Positions 39,177 to 50,742 of a DNA stretch of 64,000 bases are shown piece after piece. The first letter of the stretch is position 1. Each line of letters begins with the position of its first letter. The notes below the pieces were generated by a model, which saw only the letters and a program-made list of their open reading frames with translations, ran no database searches and was not told the origin of the DNA. A program made the translations under genes and the position numbers. The stretch spans positions 240,181 through 304,180 of the forward strand of contig CAVQEQ010000002.1 of the NCBI GenBank assembly GCA_963711565.1, written 5' to 3'. This stretch comes from an uncultured delta proteobacterium (GTDB taxonomy: Bacteria; Desulfobacterota; Binatia; Binatales; Binataceae).

Positions 39177-40796
39177 ATGCTGAAGAAATCACTGTGCAAG
39201 CGCAGAAGATCTGTAAGCATTGTGGGTCTGGTTCGGCTGATGGTGCTCGGCCTCAGCGCACTCACCGGCGCCTGCATGATCGGCCCGGATTACAAGCCGC
39301 CGCCCGCGCCCGTCGCCAAAGTTTGGATGGAGCGCGGCAAGGCGTCGGTCGATACGGGACGGCAGGAGTATCGGGATTGGTGGTCGGTCTTTAACGATCC
39401 GGTACTGTCGCGGCTGATTGAAATCGCGTATCGGCAGAACCTGACGCTGATGACTGCTGGTGTGCGTGTGCTCGAAGCTCGTGCGCAACTGGGTGTGGCT
39501 ATTGGCGAATTCTTTCCGCAACAGCAGTCGGTGGGAGCGTCGGTCAGCTACAACCGGCTTCCCATTTCGGTTCCGTACCATCTTCTCAGCAACACTTACT
39601 GGTCGGATTCATTCGGCGCCCAGGCGGGTTGGGAACTGGACGTATGGGGAAAGTTACGTCGCGGAATCGAGACGGCCGACGACTCGTTCCTGGCGTCGGT
39701 AGCCGACTATGACGATGTGCTGGTGACGCTGACCGGCGACGTTGCCAGTGACTATGTACAAATTCGAACAATCGAAAAGCAGATCATGATTGCGCGCGAC
39801 AACGTGGTGCGGCAACGAGATGCGTACAAGATAGCGGTAGCAAAGTATCGCGGCGGTGCGGCGACCAAGCGAGACGTTTATCAGTCGGAGAACGTGCTTG
39901 ATACGACGCAAGCATCGATCCCGCAATTGGATCTTCAATTGCAACAGACCAAGAACGCAGTGTCGGTGCTGCTGGGGATGCCGCCGGGAACGCTGGACCA
40001 ATACCTGGCGGGTAGTTCGGAGATTCCCACTGCGCCGGACAAGGTCGCGGTGGGTATCCCGGCGGACCTGCTCCTGCGCCGACCGGATCTTCGCAAGGCA
40101 GAACTGCAGGCCGCTGCCCAATGCGCGCAGATAGGTTTCGTCAAGGCCGATCTGCTGCCCGCCTTCAACTTAACGGGTAGTATCTCGACGGTGGCGGCAA
40201 CGATATCAGGAGGCACTCTGGCAAGCGTCTTCACAGGAAGCAGCTTGACGTGGAATGTCGGTCCCAACGTGCAATGGAATATCCTCAACTATGGGCAGAT
40301 CACCAACAACGTTCGCGTGCAGGACGCGAAATTTCAGGAGCTTCAGATCACCTATCAGAATCAGGTGCTGACGGCTCAGCAGGAGGTCGAGAACGGAATC
40401 ATCGCGTTTGTGGACTCGCGGCTTGCCGTCGATTTTCTCCAGAAAAGCGTGATTGCGGCGGAGGGGGCTTTGAACATCGCGATGATCCAGTACAACCAGG
40501 GCATCCTGGATTTCACGACCGTGCTGACGGCGGAGCAGAACCTCTACCAGGCGCAGAACAGCCTCGCGATCGAGATGGGAGACGTTCCGCAGGCATTGAT
40601 CGCGACATATCGCGCGCTCGGTGGCGGTTGGCAGATTCGGGAAGGCAATGATTTTGTGCCGCGAGAGGTGCAGGCCACGATGGCGAATCGCACAAATTGG
40701 GGAACCCTGCTTTCGCCCGAACTCCTGCAGCCACGCGCGCCAGGGGTGCCGTCACCCAAGGACGAGGGCTCCCTGATCCGGCCGCCCGAATGGTGA
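39177..40796 (+). CDS. RND efflux outer-membrane lipoprotein (NodT/OprM family)
   Basis: lipobox LTGAC-MIGPDY, WELDVWG, PADLL.RRPD, YRALGGGW. Confidence 0.93.
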   Translation: MLKKSLCKRRRSVSIVGLVRLMVLGLSALTGACMIGPDYKPPPAPVAKVWMERGKASVDTGRQEYRDWWSVFNDPVLSRLIEIAYRQNLTLMTAGVRVLEARAQLGVAIGEFFPQQQSVGASVSYNRLPISVPYHLLSNTYWSDSFGAQAGWELDVWGKLRRGIETADDSFLASVADYDDVLVTLTGDVASDYVQIRTIEKQIMIARDNVVRQRDAYKIAVAKYRGGAATKRDVYQSENVLDTTQASIPQLDLQLQQTKNAVSVLLGMPPGTLDQYLAGSSEIPTAPDKVAVGIPADLLLRRPDLRKAELQAAAQCAQIGFVKADLLPAFNLTGSISTVAATISGGTLASVFTGSSLTWNVGPNVQWNILNYGQITNNVRVQDAKFQELQITYQNQVLTAQQEVENGIIAFVDSRLAVDFLQKSVIAAEGALNIAMIQYNQGILDFTTVLTAEQNLYQAQNSLAIEMGDVPQALIATYRALGGGWQIREGNDFVPREVQATMANRTNWGTLLSPELLQPRAPGVPSPKDEGSLIRPPEW

Positions 40797-40803
40797 GAAC
40801 CCG

Positions 40804-42000
40804 GTGACCAGTTCATTGAATAGCTTGAATACTTTGCGGACGTGTCGATTGCGAAATTGTGCCTTATTGATGGCGGCGGCGATTGCAATTTCCGCATGCG
40901 GAAAGAAGACCGGCCCAGCCATCACGCCTCCCACCGTTACGGTCGCGACTCCGGTTACACAGGACGTAGCGGATCACCTCGACTTTACCGGCAACACGGT
41001 AGCGGTGGATTCTGTGACGCTGGTCGCGCGGGTGGAAGGTTATCTGGACAAGGTCCACTTTACCGACGGGGCGCTGGTTAAGAAGGGCGACCTGCTGTTC
41101 ACGATTCAACAGCAACAGTACAAAGATCAGTTACAACAGGCACTGGCGCAGGTCGCGACGCAGAAGGCAGCACTATTCCATTCGACCACTGAGCTGGCGC
41201 GCTACAAGGGCCTTGAAAAGCAGGGCGCTGCCACGCAAACGGAAGTGGATCACTGGCAGTACGAGCGGGCGGCCGCGGCTGCCGGTCTCTCCAGTGCCCA
41301 GGCACAGACCAGTCTTGACCGGCTGAACCTCAGTTACACTGAAGTGCGCGCCCCTTTTGATGGCCGGATGGGACGTCACCTGGTAAATCCCGGCAACCTG
41401 GTTGGCGCTGGCACCAACATACAGCTAGCCGAGATCAACCGCGTCGATCCCATGTACGTCTATTTCACGGTTGCTGAGACCGAACTGCTCAAGATTCGCC
41501 GGCGCATGAAAGAACCCTCCGGCGGCGAACTCCCGTCGCAGCCGATCCCGTTCTACTTCGGCCTTACGGATGAGGAAGGCTATCCGCATCAAGGGAAACT
41601 CGATTTCGCTTCGCTCAGCGTCGCGCCGACCACGGGCACACTGCAGTTGCGAGGCATCTTTCCCAATCCGGGGTCGTTCATAGTTCCCGGCTTGTTCGTG
41701 CGGGTCAGGGTGGTCGCGCCCGAGAAGCATCCTGCTCTGCTGATCCCGGCCACTGCCGTGAGCTTCGATGAACAGGGTGAGTACGTCCTGGTTGTAGATA
41801 GCCAGAACATCGTTCGGCGCAAAAGCGTAAAAACCGGTACTCAGATCGGTCAACAGTACGTGATTGATGAAGGCCTGAGTCCGCAGGATCGAGTTGTTAC
41901 CGAGGGGCTGCTGCAAGCTATTCCAGGCCGCGAAGTCAATCCCGAACTGCAATCGCAGGGCACCGCACAGGACGCCGGCCAGGCAGCGAGTAGTCACTAA
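40804..42000 (+). CDS. RND efflux membrane-fusion protein
   Basis: ARVEGYL, VKKGDLLF.I, YTEVRAPFDG, TGTLQLRG.FPNP. Confidence 0.93.
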   Translation: MTSSLNSLNTLRTCRLRNCALLMAAAIAISACGKKTGPAITPPTVTVATPVTQDVADHLDFTGNTVAVDSVTLVARVEGYLDKVHFTDGALVKKGDLLFTIQQQQYKDQLQQALAQVATQKAALFHSTTELARYKGLEKQGAATQTEVDHWQYERAAAAAGLSSAQAQTSLDRLNLSYTEVRAPFDGRMGRHLVNPGNLVGAGTNIQLAEINRVDPMYVYFTVAETELLKIRRRMKEPSGGELPSQPIPFYFGLTDEEGYPHQGKLDFASLSVAPTTGTLQLRGIFPNPGSFIVPGLFVRVRVVAPEKHPALLIPATAVSFDEQGEYVLVVDSQNIVRRKSVKTGTQIGQQYVIDEGLSPQDRVVTEGLLQAIPGREVNPELQSQGTAQDAGQAASSH

Positions 42001-42009
42001 GGCTAGCCA

Positions 42010-45000
42010 ATGTCGAAGTTCTTTATCGAGCGGCCGGTCCTCGCGAACGTCTTCGCGGTAGTGATCGTACTGCTCGGGTTTGTTTGTCTCTACTCCTTGC
42101 CCGTCTCACAGTATCCGCCAATCGTGCCGCCGACGATCCAGGTGACCACGAACTATCCGGGCTCGAGCGCTGAAACTGTCGCCAAGACGGTGGGCGTACC
42201 GATCGAGCAGTCGGTCAACGGCGTAAAGAACGCGATCTACATGCAATCCACCAGCGGCAGCGACGGAAGTTATACGCTGACCGTCTCCTTCACGATCGGA
42301 ACCGATCTCGACACCTCGCTCGCGCTGGTCCAGAACGCGGTCAACGGATCGCTCTCGGAACTGCCTGCGCCCGTGAAGGACCAGGGAGTGAACGTCAAGG
42401 AAGTCACCACCAACATCCTGCTGATGGAGAGTCTTTACTCGGATGACAACCGCTTCGATGAAACTTTCCTCAGCAACTATGCGACCATCAACCTGGTTAA
42501 TCCTATCGCTCGCATCCCAGGGGTAGGTCAGGTCAAGGTCATAGGCGCCGGTGCCTATAGCATGCGCATCTGGCTCGATCCCAACAAGCTCAAAACCTTC
42601 GGGCTGACCGTGCTCGATGTACAGAACTCGATTCAGTCTCAAAACAACCAGGTCGCCTCGGGTCAGATAGGTGGGCCGCCGGTTCCATCGAACCAGGTCT
42701 TCCAGTTCACGGTTAACACCCAGGGACGCCTGTCGGATCCGAAAGAGTTCGAAAACATCATCATCAAAAGTCGCCTTGCGCCGACCCTGGCAGGACAAAC
42801 CGTTAACAGCGCTCAACCGAGCGAGACTGCCTCGATAGTGCGGCTCAAAGACGTTGCAAAGATCGAGATGAGCCAGCAGCAGTTCACGCTGTTCTCCAAT
42901 CTGAGCGGCAAAAAGGCAGGCCATATCGCGATCTATGCGCTGCCCGGCGCAAATTCGCTGCAGGTCGCGTCCGCCGTGCGCGCACTGATGGCGAAGATGA
43001 GCAGCACCTTCCCGGAAGGACTCAAATACACTCCGCTCTATGACACCACCGTCTTCATTGGCCAGGCAATTCACGCGGTGTATGTGACGCTGGGCGAGGC
43101 GGGCATCCTCGTTCTGATCGTCATCGTAATTTTTCTTCAGAACTTCCGCGCGATGCTGGTTCCCGCTACGACCGTACCAGTCACGATAATAGGCGCTTTT
43201 GCGGCGATGGCATTGCTCGGTTTTTCGGTCAACTTGATGACTCTGTTCGCCTTGATCCTTGCGATCGGAATCGTAGTGGATGACGCTATCGTCATTGTCG
43301 AGAACTGTACGCACTACATAGAAGAAGGACTCAGTCCCAAGGACTCGGCCATCAAAGCCATGGGCGAGCTCACTGGCCCTGTTCTTGGCGTCACCCTGGT
43401 TCTTACTTCAGTCTTCTTGCCGGCTTCTTTCCTGCCCGGTATCACCGGACAGATGTTTCGTCAGTTCGCGCTGGTGATCGCATCGACCGCACTTATCAGC
43501 GCTGCCAACGCACTCACGCTCAAGCCCACACAGTGTGCGCTCTATCTCAGACCCAGGCCTAAGGACTACAAACCCAACTGGTTTTACAGTGAGTTCAATC
43601 GAGGGTTTGCGGCCGTCGAGGATCGCTACATAGGACTTGTCAGCTGGATGGTCGCTCGCCCTTTCACGATGGTAGCAGGGTTCTTCGCCGTATTGTTCCT
43701 GGTTGGATTTGCTTTCTCGATCTACCCGACTTCCTTGCTGCCGCTCGAAGACCAGGGATACTGCATCATTTCGGCTGAACTACCCGAGGGATCCGCTCAG
43801 CCCCGGGTAAGAGAGGTCTCCGACCGAATCAACGCGATATTGAAAGAGAGTCCCGGCATCAAGGGCTGGGTTACGATGGGTGGATTCTCGGCGCTGGACT
43901 CCGCCAACGTTTCGAACTACGTCACGGTGTTCTGCATCTATGATGACTGGAGCAAGCGTCCAGCAGGTCTGACCCAGGCCGGAATAATTAAACATATTCA
44001 GGAAAAGGTTCAGTCTATTCGCACAGCTTCATTCGATGTGATGCCGCCGTCTCCGATTCCCGGCCTGGGAACGGCGTTCGGATTTCAGATGGTAGTCGAG
44101 GATCGCGCCAGCAATGGACTCCGCGAATTGCAGAAGGCCACTCACGTGTTGCTCGATCGGGCGCAGAGCGTGGATGGCTTTCTGCGCCTCGGCTTTACCA
44201 CCTTCAGCGATAACAGTCCGCAGATCTATCTCAACATCGATCGAACGATGGCCGAGTCGCTTGGTGTTCCGGTCAACGATGTTTCCGAGACTCTGCAAAC
44301 CTATCTCGGCTCGACCTACGTAAATCAGTTCAACAAATTCAACCAGGCCTTTCAGGTTCGCGTTCAGGCCGAGGCCGACTCTCGTCGCGCACTGGCCGAC
44401 ATACAAAATCTCGACGTGATGAACAAGGAAGGCCAGATGGTGCCCCTGGGTGCGCTGCTTTCGGTCCGCAGGATGCTGGGCTCCGAGCTGGTCACGCGCT
44501 ACAACCTTTATCCCGCTGCTATCCTGACCGGAATTCCGATGCCCTCGTACAGCTCCGGACAGGCACTAAGCATGATGGCGAACTTCGCCGATGAAACGCT
44601 GCCTGCAGGTATGAGTTACGAATGGACGGGACTTGCCTATCAGGAAGAACAAACCGGGAGTCAGGCTTACTTTATCTTTGCACTGTCGATCACGCTCGTC
44701 TATCTGGTCCTCGCGGCGCAGTACGAGAGCTGGACCGATCCTATCGCAGTTATCCTGGTAGTACCGACGGCTCTCATAGGTATCCTCGTAGCGTTGGTTA
44801 TCCGGAAGTTTCCTGTGGATCTGTACACGCAGATAGGACTGGTCCTTATGATCGCGCTGGCAGCGAAGAACGCGATCCTTATTGTCGAGTTTGCTCGTGA
44901 TCTTGCGGCGCAAGGGATGGGAACCATGGAAGCCGCCGTGGAAGCAACCCGCCGACGCTTTCGGCCGATACTAATGACGTCCATCGCGTTCATTCTCGGC

Positions 45001-45213
45001 GTGGTTCCGCTGTTGACCGCCACCGGCGCCGGCGCCGCGAGCCAGCAGTCATTAGGTACGGTAGTCTTCGGCGGAATGCTCGCTTCGACTCTTCTTGCGA
45101 TCCCCTTCGTGCCGGTGTTCTTTGTCTCCGTCCGCCACATCTTCGGACCGCTATCAGCGCCAGCAGTAGCACCCGGCGCTCCGCGTCAGGGGCCAGCTGT
45201 GCCCTCGAATTGA
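42010..45213 (+). CDS. RND efflux permease (AcrB/HAE1 family)
   Basis: FFIERPV, IGIVVDDAIVIVEN, LAAQYESW, AKNAILIVEFA, RFRPILMTS. Confidence 0.96.
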   Translation: MSKFFIERPVLANVFAVVIVLLGFVCLYSLPVSQYPPIVPPTIQVTTNYPGSSAETVAKTVGVPIEQSVNGVKNAIYMQSTSGSDGSYTLTVSFTIGTDLDTSLALVQNAVNGSLSELPAPVKDQGVNVKEVTTNILLMESLYSDDNRFDETFLSNYATINLVNPIARIPGVGQVKVIGAGAYSMRIWLDPNKLKTFGLTVLDVQNSIQSQNNQVASGQIGGPPVPSNQVFQFTVNTQGRLSDPKEFENIIIKSRLAPTLAGQTVNSAQPSETASIVRLKDVAKIEMSQQQFTLFSNLSGKKAGHIAIYALPGANSLQVASAVRALMAKMSSTFPEGLKYTPLYDTTVFIGQAIHAVYVTLGEAGILVLIVIVIFLQNFRAMLVPATTVPVTIIGAFAAMALLGFSVNLMTLFALILAIGIVVDDAIVIVENCTHYIEEGLSPKDSAIKAMGELTGPVLGVTLVLTSVFLPASFLPGITGQMFRQFALVIASTALISAANALTLKPTQCALYLRPRPKDYKPNWFYSEFNRGFAAVEDRYIGLVSWMVARPFTMVAGFFAVLFLVGFAFSIYPTSLLPLEDQGYCIISAELPEGSAQPRVREVSDRINAILKESPGIKGWVTMGGFSALDSANVSNYVTVFCIYDDWSKRPAGLTQAGIIKHIQEKVQSIRTASFDVMPPSPIPGLGTAFGFQMVVEDRASNGLRELQKATHVLLDRAQSVDGFLRLGFTTFSDNSPQIYLNIDRTMAESLGVPVNDVSETLQTYLGSTYVNQFNKFNQAFQVRVQAEADSRRALADIQNLDVMNKEGQMVPLGALLSVRRMLGSELVTRYNLYPAAILTGIPMPSYSSGQALSMMANFADETLPAGMSYEWTGLAYQEEQTGSQAYFIFALSITLVYLVLAAQYESWTDPIAVILVVPTALIGILVALVIRKFPVDLYTQIGLVLMIALAAKNAILIVEFARDLAAQGMGTMEAAVEATRRRFRPILMTSIAFILGVVPLLTATGAGAASQQSLGTVVFGGMLASTLLAIPFVPVFFVSVRHIFGPLSAPAVAPGAPRQGPAVPSN

Positions 45214-45287
45214 CGACCTAGTTCGTCTCCATAGAGTTGGCGCACGCGACACCTAAGCAAAACCGGATCCTGAGGAGCGAGACCAAC

Positions 45288-48026
45288 ATGCCCGCCGAGC
45301 GAGAACGTCTCTACCAGGAGCGCATTCACCAAACGCCGTGGAAGCGGTGGGGTCCTTACCTTAGCGAGCGCCAGTGGGGCACCGTACGCGAAGACTATAG
45401 CGACACGGGCGACGCTTGGAACTACTTCAGCCATGATCAGGCCCGCTCGCGTGCCTACCGATGGGGCGAGGACGGCCTGGCAGGTCTCTCCGACGACAAG
45501 CAAGCGCTGTGCTTTGCACTAGCTCTATGGAACGGCAAGGACCCTATCTTAAAGGAGCGGCTCTTCGGACTCACGAACAGCGAGGGAAACCATGGCGAGG
45601 ACGTGAAAGAGTACTACTTCTACCTTGACAGTACGCCGACACACTCGTACATGAAGTACCTCTACAAGTATCCCCAAGCGGCCTATCCTTACGGCGACCT
45701 GATAAAAGTCAATGCGCGCCGCACACGCAACGACCCAGAGTATGAGCTTCTGGACACGGGAATCTTTGACGGCGACCGTTATTTCGACATTTTTGTAGAA
45801 TATGCCAAGGCCGCCCCCGACGACATTCTAATAAGGATAACGGTGTGGAACCGGGGACCCGAACCGGCGCCACTGTATTTGTTGCCGACTCTCTGGTTCC
45901 GCAATGACTGGTCATCATGGATTTCTAGACCCGCCGAGCGACCGACTCTCAAGTGGATCGAAGCTCCGTCTGGTAGCACAGCCATAGCCGCTGAGCATCG
46001 CGAACTCGGAAAGTACCATCTGTATTGCGAAGGTGAGGTGCCGCTTCTCTTTACCGAGAACGAGACCAACAACCAGCGCCTCTTTCCCGAATATCCCAAC
46101 GCCTGCCCCTATGTGAAAGACGGCATCAACGACTTCGTGACGAATGGGAAACCAACGGTGAATCCGGACCTGCGCGGGACCAAAGCCGCGGCGCGCTACC
46201 GATTCACGATAAACTCTGGGCAATCGGCAACGGCGCGATTACGCTTGACTGGTCAAGCGCTCGGGGAACAGTCAAAGGGCGGCGGGAAAGATGCTTTTTC
46301 GTTCGGGAAGAATTTTGATGAGATCTTTGCAGCCCGCCTGGACGAGGCCGACGAGTTCTACCGGTCGGTGATCCCGGCTGCGGCGTCCCCGGACGCGGCC
46401 AATGTGATGCGTCAAGCGCTCGCTGGAATGCTGTGGACTAAGCAGTTCTACTACCTGGACGCGGATAAGTGGTTGGACGAACATCGCGCCAATCCGTTGA
46501 AACACGGAATCCGGCACTCCCGCAACCAGGAGTGGTACCACATGCTCAACGACGACGTCATCTCGATGCCCGACAAATGGGAGTATCCATGGTATGCGGC
46601 TTGGGACCTCGCCTTTCATACCGTCGCGCTTTCGACCGTGGACCCGGAGTTCGCCCGTCAGCAGATACGTCTCATGCTCAAGGGGTTATATATGCACCCC
46701 AACGGCCAGATTCCCGCCTACGAGTGGAACTTCAGCGATGTTAACCCGCCGGTCCATGCCTGGGCGACTCTATTCCTGCATCGCACGGAGCAGGCCCTGG
46801 GGGCCGAAACTGATATCGATTTCCTCAAGTGGTGTTTTGAAAAGCTCCTCTTGAATTTCACTTGGTGGATCAATCGCAAGGACCGGTTCGGCAAGAATGT
46901 TTTCGAAGGTGGTTTCCTGGGTCTCGACAATATCGGGATTTTCGATCGGAGCGCACCTTTGCCCACTGGAGGCAGCCTCGAGCAGGCCGACGGCACCGCA
47001 TGGATGGCGCTGTACAGCCAAAACATGGCAGAACTGGCGATAGAACTCCTTGCCTACGACCACACCTCCGAAGATATGGTGGTCAAGTTCCTCGAGCACT
47101 TCCTTTACATCGCTACAGCTATGAACCGTCCCGGCGACGACGGGATGTGGGACGAGGAAGACGGCTTCTACTACGATCTCTTGCGACTCCCGGACGGCAG
47201 CGCCAAACGGCTCAAGGTGCGATCGATGGTAGGGCTGCTGCCGCTCTGCGCAACCACTGTCGTCGAGCGATGGCAACGCGAACGGATGCCGTCGGCGATG
47301 ACTCTCTTGGATAGACGGCGCCAGCGGATGCCCGAGCTATGGAATTACATTCATCCTACCGGGCCCGGGCATTTCGGAATCTACGAGCGCGGCATCATAG
47401 CTTTGGTTGGTCCCGAGCGTTTGCGCCGAATCCTTTCTAGAGTGCTCGATGAGAACGAATTTCTGGGTCCTACCGGCATTCGTTCTCTATCGAAGTTTCA
47501 CGAGCATCATCCCTATATCCTGAACGTCGGTGACCGGGAGTATCGCGTAGACTACTTGCCGGCGGAGTCGAACACCGGCATGTTTGGCGGTAACTCAAAC
47601 TGGCGAGGCCCAGTGTGGTTTCCGGTGAATATCATAGTTATTCGGGCACTATTGCAGTTCTATCTCTATTACGGCGACAACTTTAAGATCGAATGCCCTA
47701 CTGGTTCCGGCAAACTAATGAATCTTTTTCAAGTGAGCCACGAGATAACCCGTAGGCTTGGCGCTACCTTTCTGCGTGACAAAGATGGCCGTCGTCCTGT
47801 GTACGGGGGCAGCGAGAAATTTCAGTCCGACCCGCATTGGCGCGACTATATTCTGTTCTACGAGTACTTCCACGGCGACAACGGCGCCGGGCTCGGCGCA
47901 AGCCATCAGACTGGATGGACCGGCCTCGTGGCCAAGACTATCCAGCTTTTCGATACCCTCGATGCTAAGGAATTCCTGGAGGTTGGCAGGTCGGCCGTCT
48001 TCTTGGCCGAACTGAAAGAGCGGTAA
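45288..48026 (+). CDS. MGH1-like glycoside hydrolase (GH63 glucosidase)
   Basis: WGPYLSERQWGTVREDYS, SMPDKWEYPWYAAWDLAFH, YEYFHGDNGAGLGASHQTGWT. Confidence 0.93.
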   Translation: MPAERERLYQERIHQTPWKRWGPYLSERQWGTVREDYSDTGDAWNYFSHDQARSRAYRWGEDGLAGLSDDKQALCFALALWNGKDPILKERLFGLTNSEGNHGEDVKEYYFYLDSTPTHSYMKYLYKYPQAAYPYGDLIKVNARRTRNDPEYELLDTGIFDGDRYFDIFVEYAKAAPDDILIRITVWNRGPEPAPLYLLPTLWFRNDWSSWISRPAERPTLKWIEAPSGSTAIAAEHRELGKYHLYCEGEVPLLFTENETNNQRLFPEYPNACPYVKDGINDFVTNGKPTVNPDLRGTKAAARYRFTINSGQSATARLRLTGQALGEQSKGGGKDAFSFGKNFDEIFAARLDEADEFYRSVIPAAASPDAANVMRQALAGMLWTKQFYYLDADKWLDEHRANPLKHGIRHSRNQEWYHMLNDDVISMPDKWEYPWYAAWDLAFHTVALSTVDPEFARQQIRLMLKGLYMHPNGQIPAYEWNFSDVNPPVHAWATLFLHRTEQALGAETDIDFLKWCFEKLLLNFTWWINRKDRFGKNVFEGGFLGLDNIGIFDRSAPLPTGGSLEQADGTAWMALYSQNMAELAIELLAYDHTSEDMVVKFLEHFLYIATAMNRPGDDGMWDEEDGFYYDLLRLPDGSAKRLKVRSMVGLLPLCATTVVERWQRERMPSAMTLLDRRRQRMPELWNYIHPTGPGHFGIYERGIIALVGPERLRRILSRVLDENEFLGPTGIRSLSKFHEHHPYILNVGDREYRVDYLPAESNTGMFGGNSNWRGPVWFPVNIIVIRALLQFYLYYGDNFKIECPTGSGKLMNLFQVSHEITRRLGATFLRDKDGRRPVYGGSEKFQSDPHWRDYILFYEYFHGDNGAGLGASHQTGWTGLVAKTIQLFDTLDAKEFLEVGRSAVFLAELKER

Positions 48027-48462
48027 ACGCAGCAGCTCCGGAGCCACGCCGGCTCAACGCAACGGCGCAGTTCCTCCTCCAATCGCAAACCTTCACTCAT
48101 ATCGCTGGCGGCAACACTGCAAACGGATTGTTTCAGACCCCAATTGCCGCATGAATTGGAATTCGCCACAGACGGGCCGCTTCAAGCTGCACGGCGATTA
48201 CCGAATCCCAGGTCGGGCGGACTCAAGAAGCCTCGTATTGATTTCCCTCGCTTGAAGGCGATGTCCTGGCGAAGACGTTTTTGGCGGACAGTGATGCGAA
48301 GAGCACCGGCTGTCAACGCCGGAGCAAAAGTACATCAACAGGCCGGAGTAAAAATGCATCACTCCTGGCCGGGTTAGTTTGAGCTCTGGGCAGGAGGAGC
48401 GCGAGGGGGATTTTCCCCCTCGCCCATCTGTGGAACTAAGGGCTGAGCGACCCGGTGGTGGG

Positions 48463-49242
48463 TCAGCCGGGTTCTTGCGGTGGTTGCTCTTCTACGATCT
48501 GACCTCTGCTGTGCTTAAGCCTGAAGCTATCGCCGTTCATCTCGAGGATGTGGACATGATGGGTGAGGCGATCGAGCAGCGCGCCGGTCAGTCGCTCGGA
48601 GCCGAACACGCCGGTCCACTCATCGAAGGGCAGATTGCTGGTCACGATGATCGAGCCGCGTTCGTAGCGCTGGCTGAAGACCTCGAACAGCAACTCGGCG
48701 CCGGTCTGTGACAGCGGAACGTAGCCGAGCTCGTCGACGATCAGCAGCTTTAAGCCGGCGAGTTGCCGTTGCAGTCGCTGCAGACGCTTTTCGTCGTGTG
48801 CTTCGTGCAGTTCGTTGACCAGGGCCGCAGCGGTAGTGAAGCCAACCGCGAGACCCTTCTGGCACGCTGCCAGTCCGAGCCCCAGCGCGATGTGAGTCTT
48901 GCCGGTGCCGCTGTTACCGAGCGCGATGACGTTCTCACGGCGGCCGACGTACTCCGAGCGGGCCAGTTCCAGCACCAAGGTCTTGTTGAGCGAGGGGATG
49001 GCGGTGAAGTCGAAGCTGTCGAGGCTCTTCACTGCGGGGAACCTGGCTTCCTTGATCCGGCGCTCGATGGTCCGCCGTTCCCGGTCGATCATCTCAAGCT
49101 CGGCCAGCCGCAACAGGTAGCGCGAGTGATCGACACCTTCGGCGGCGCACTGGCGCGCCAGCTTGTCGTACTCACGCAGGAAGGTTGGGAGCCTCAGCGC
49201 CTTAAGGTGGTGAGCGAGCAGAACCTGCGGTGTGTCGCTCAT
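48463..49242 (-). CDS. istB: IS21 helper ATPase
   Basis: LKALRLP, GNSGTGKTH, IVDELGY, TSNL, LLDRLTHH. Confidence 0.95.
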   Translation of the reverse strand: MSDTPQVLLAHHLKALRLPTFLREYDKLARQCAAEGVDHSRYLLRLAELEMIDRERRTIERRIKEARFPAVKSLDSFDFTAIPSLNKTLVLELARSEYVGRRENVIALGNSGTGKTHIALGLGLAACQKGLAVGFTTAAALVNELHEAHDEKRLQRLQRQLAGLKLLIVDELGYVPLSQTGAELLFEVFSQRYERGSIIVTSNLPFDEWTGVFGSERLTGALLDRLTHHVHILEMNGDSFRLKHSRGQIVEEQPPQEPG

Positions 49243-50742
49243 GACGATGCCCCTCCCGCCAGCAGGCTCAAGTAGGCCCGGGCCGAGGTGGTCGCGACGG
49301 TGGCGCGCGGCAAGTAGGGATAGATCTTCATGTCCAGCCGCGGTGGGCGGCGTTCGATGCGGCACAACACCAGATGCTTGACTGCGTCGAAGCTGATCAC
49401 TCCGCGCGCGATCGCTTCTCTCACCGCCGCTGATACGTCATCGGTGCGGAACACTTCTAGCAGGCGCAGCACCTGCACGAACTCGCGTTTGCCCGGCTTG
49501 CTCAGGCGAGCCTCGAGCAGACGGCGCAGGGTCGCGAACTCTTCAGGCAGTTCCCAACCGACCAGTGGCGCGGCCTGGTCCAGCGCACCGATCTTCCGTT
49601 CCAGCAGCGCCAGGTAGTGCAGCGGATCGAAGATGAAGTCTTCGCGCTCGTAGGAGCGCAGATGACGCGCGATCTCTTCCGCCGCGCAGGCGATCACCAC
49701 TTCGTGGACGTAACCGCGAACCAGCACCTCGCGGTGGCCGTAAGCGGTGGGCACCGAATAGTCGTTGCCCCGATAGCGCACCAGCGAGAGCGAGCTGACT
49801 CGCGCTGCTCTCTTCTCGCAGGCATCGTAGTGAGTGGCGCGGCAACGGCAGGAAGGCAGCGCGGTCTCGCACCAGTCGCTCGGCGATGGTCTGATCATGG
49901 CCACGCAGCCGATCGTTCAACCTACGGCGGCAGTCCTCCAGCAAGCGCGCGTTGAGTTCGGCGAAGCTGGCCGCATGAGGGATCGGCACCATGAAGTTGC
50001 GCCGCGCGTAGCCGACCAACCCTTCGACCTTGCCCTTGTCATTGCCCTTCCCGGGTCGTCCGAAGCGATCGGTGAACAGGTAGTGGGACTGCAGCTCGCT
50101 GAAGACCCGGATCCTTAGCCGCCGGCCGTCTCCCAGGATGCGCGCCACCGCCAGCTTGAGGTTGTCGTACAGGATCGAGCGCGGCACGCCGCCGAAGAAC
50201 TCGAAGCCGACGTTGTGTCCTTCACAGAAGGCTTCGCTGCTCTCCGATGGATAGGCCTGTACCAGGCAGCTGTCGCTGTGCGGCAGATCCATCGCGAAGA
50301 AGTGGATCTTCCGCTCCACTCCGCCGATCACTGCCAGCGCTTCGCCGAAGTCAACCTGTGCGTGTCCCGGTTCGTGGCGCAACGGCACGAACATCTCACG
50401 CGACCGCTGCCGCCGCTCGTGCACGTAGTCCTTTACAACGGTGATCCCGCCGGCGTAGCCGTGCTCGTCTCGCAGCCGCTCGAAAATCCGCTTCGAGGTA
50501 TGCTGCTGCTTGGCTGGCTGTCCCTTATCTTCCTCCAGGATCCGATCGATGATCCCAACGAACGGATCCAGCTTCGGCCGCGCCGGCGGCCGGCCCCGCC
50601 GGTATCCCGGCGGCACCGAGAACGCCAGCATCTTCGCCACCGTCCGTGGGTCGATCCCGAATCGCCGCGCTGCCTCGCGCCGGCTCAGTCCTTCAACATA
50701 AACCGCTCGTCGCACCTGCCCATACAGTTCCACGCCTTTCAT
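49239..50742 (-). pseudogene. istA: IS21 transposase, frameshifted near 49840
   Basis: AQVDFG, YDN, KGKVE in one frame; ATHYDACEK...YSVP continues in another frame. Confidence 0.9.

Noticed and set aside
42106-43314. 402-aa antisense ORF (and similar long shadow ORFs at 18512-19447, 33556-34410, 58028-58846, 59647-60441)
   Set aside because: They lie opposite well-supported genes; expected in high-GC DNA and carry no motifs
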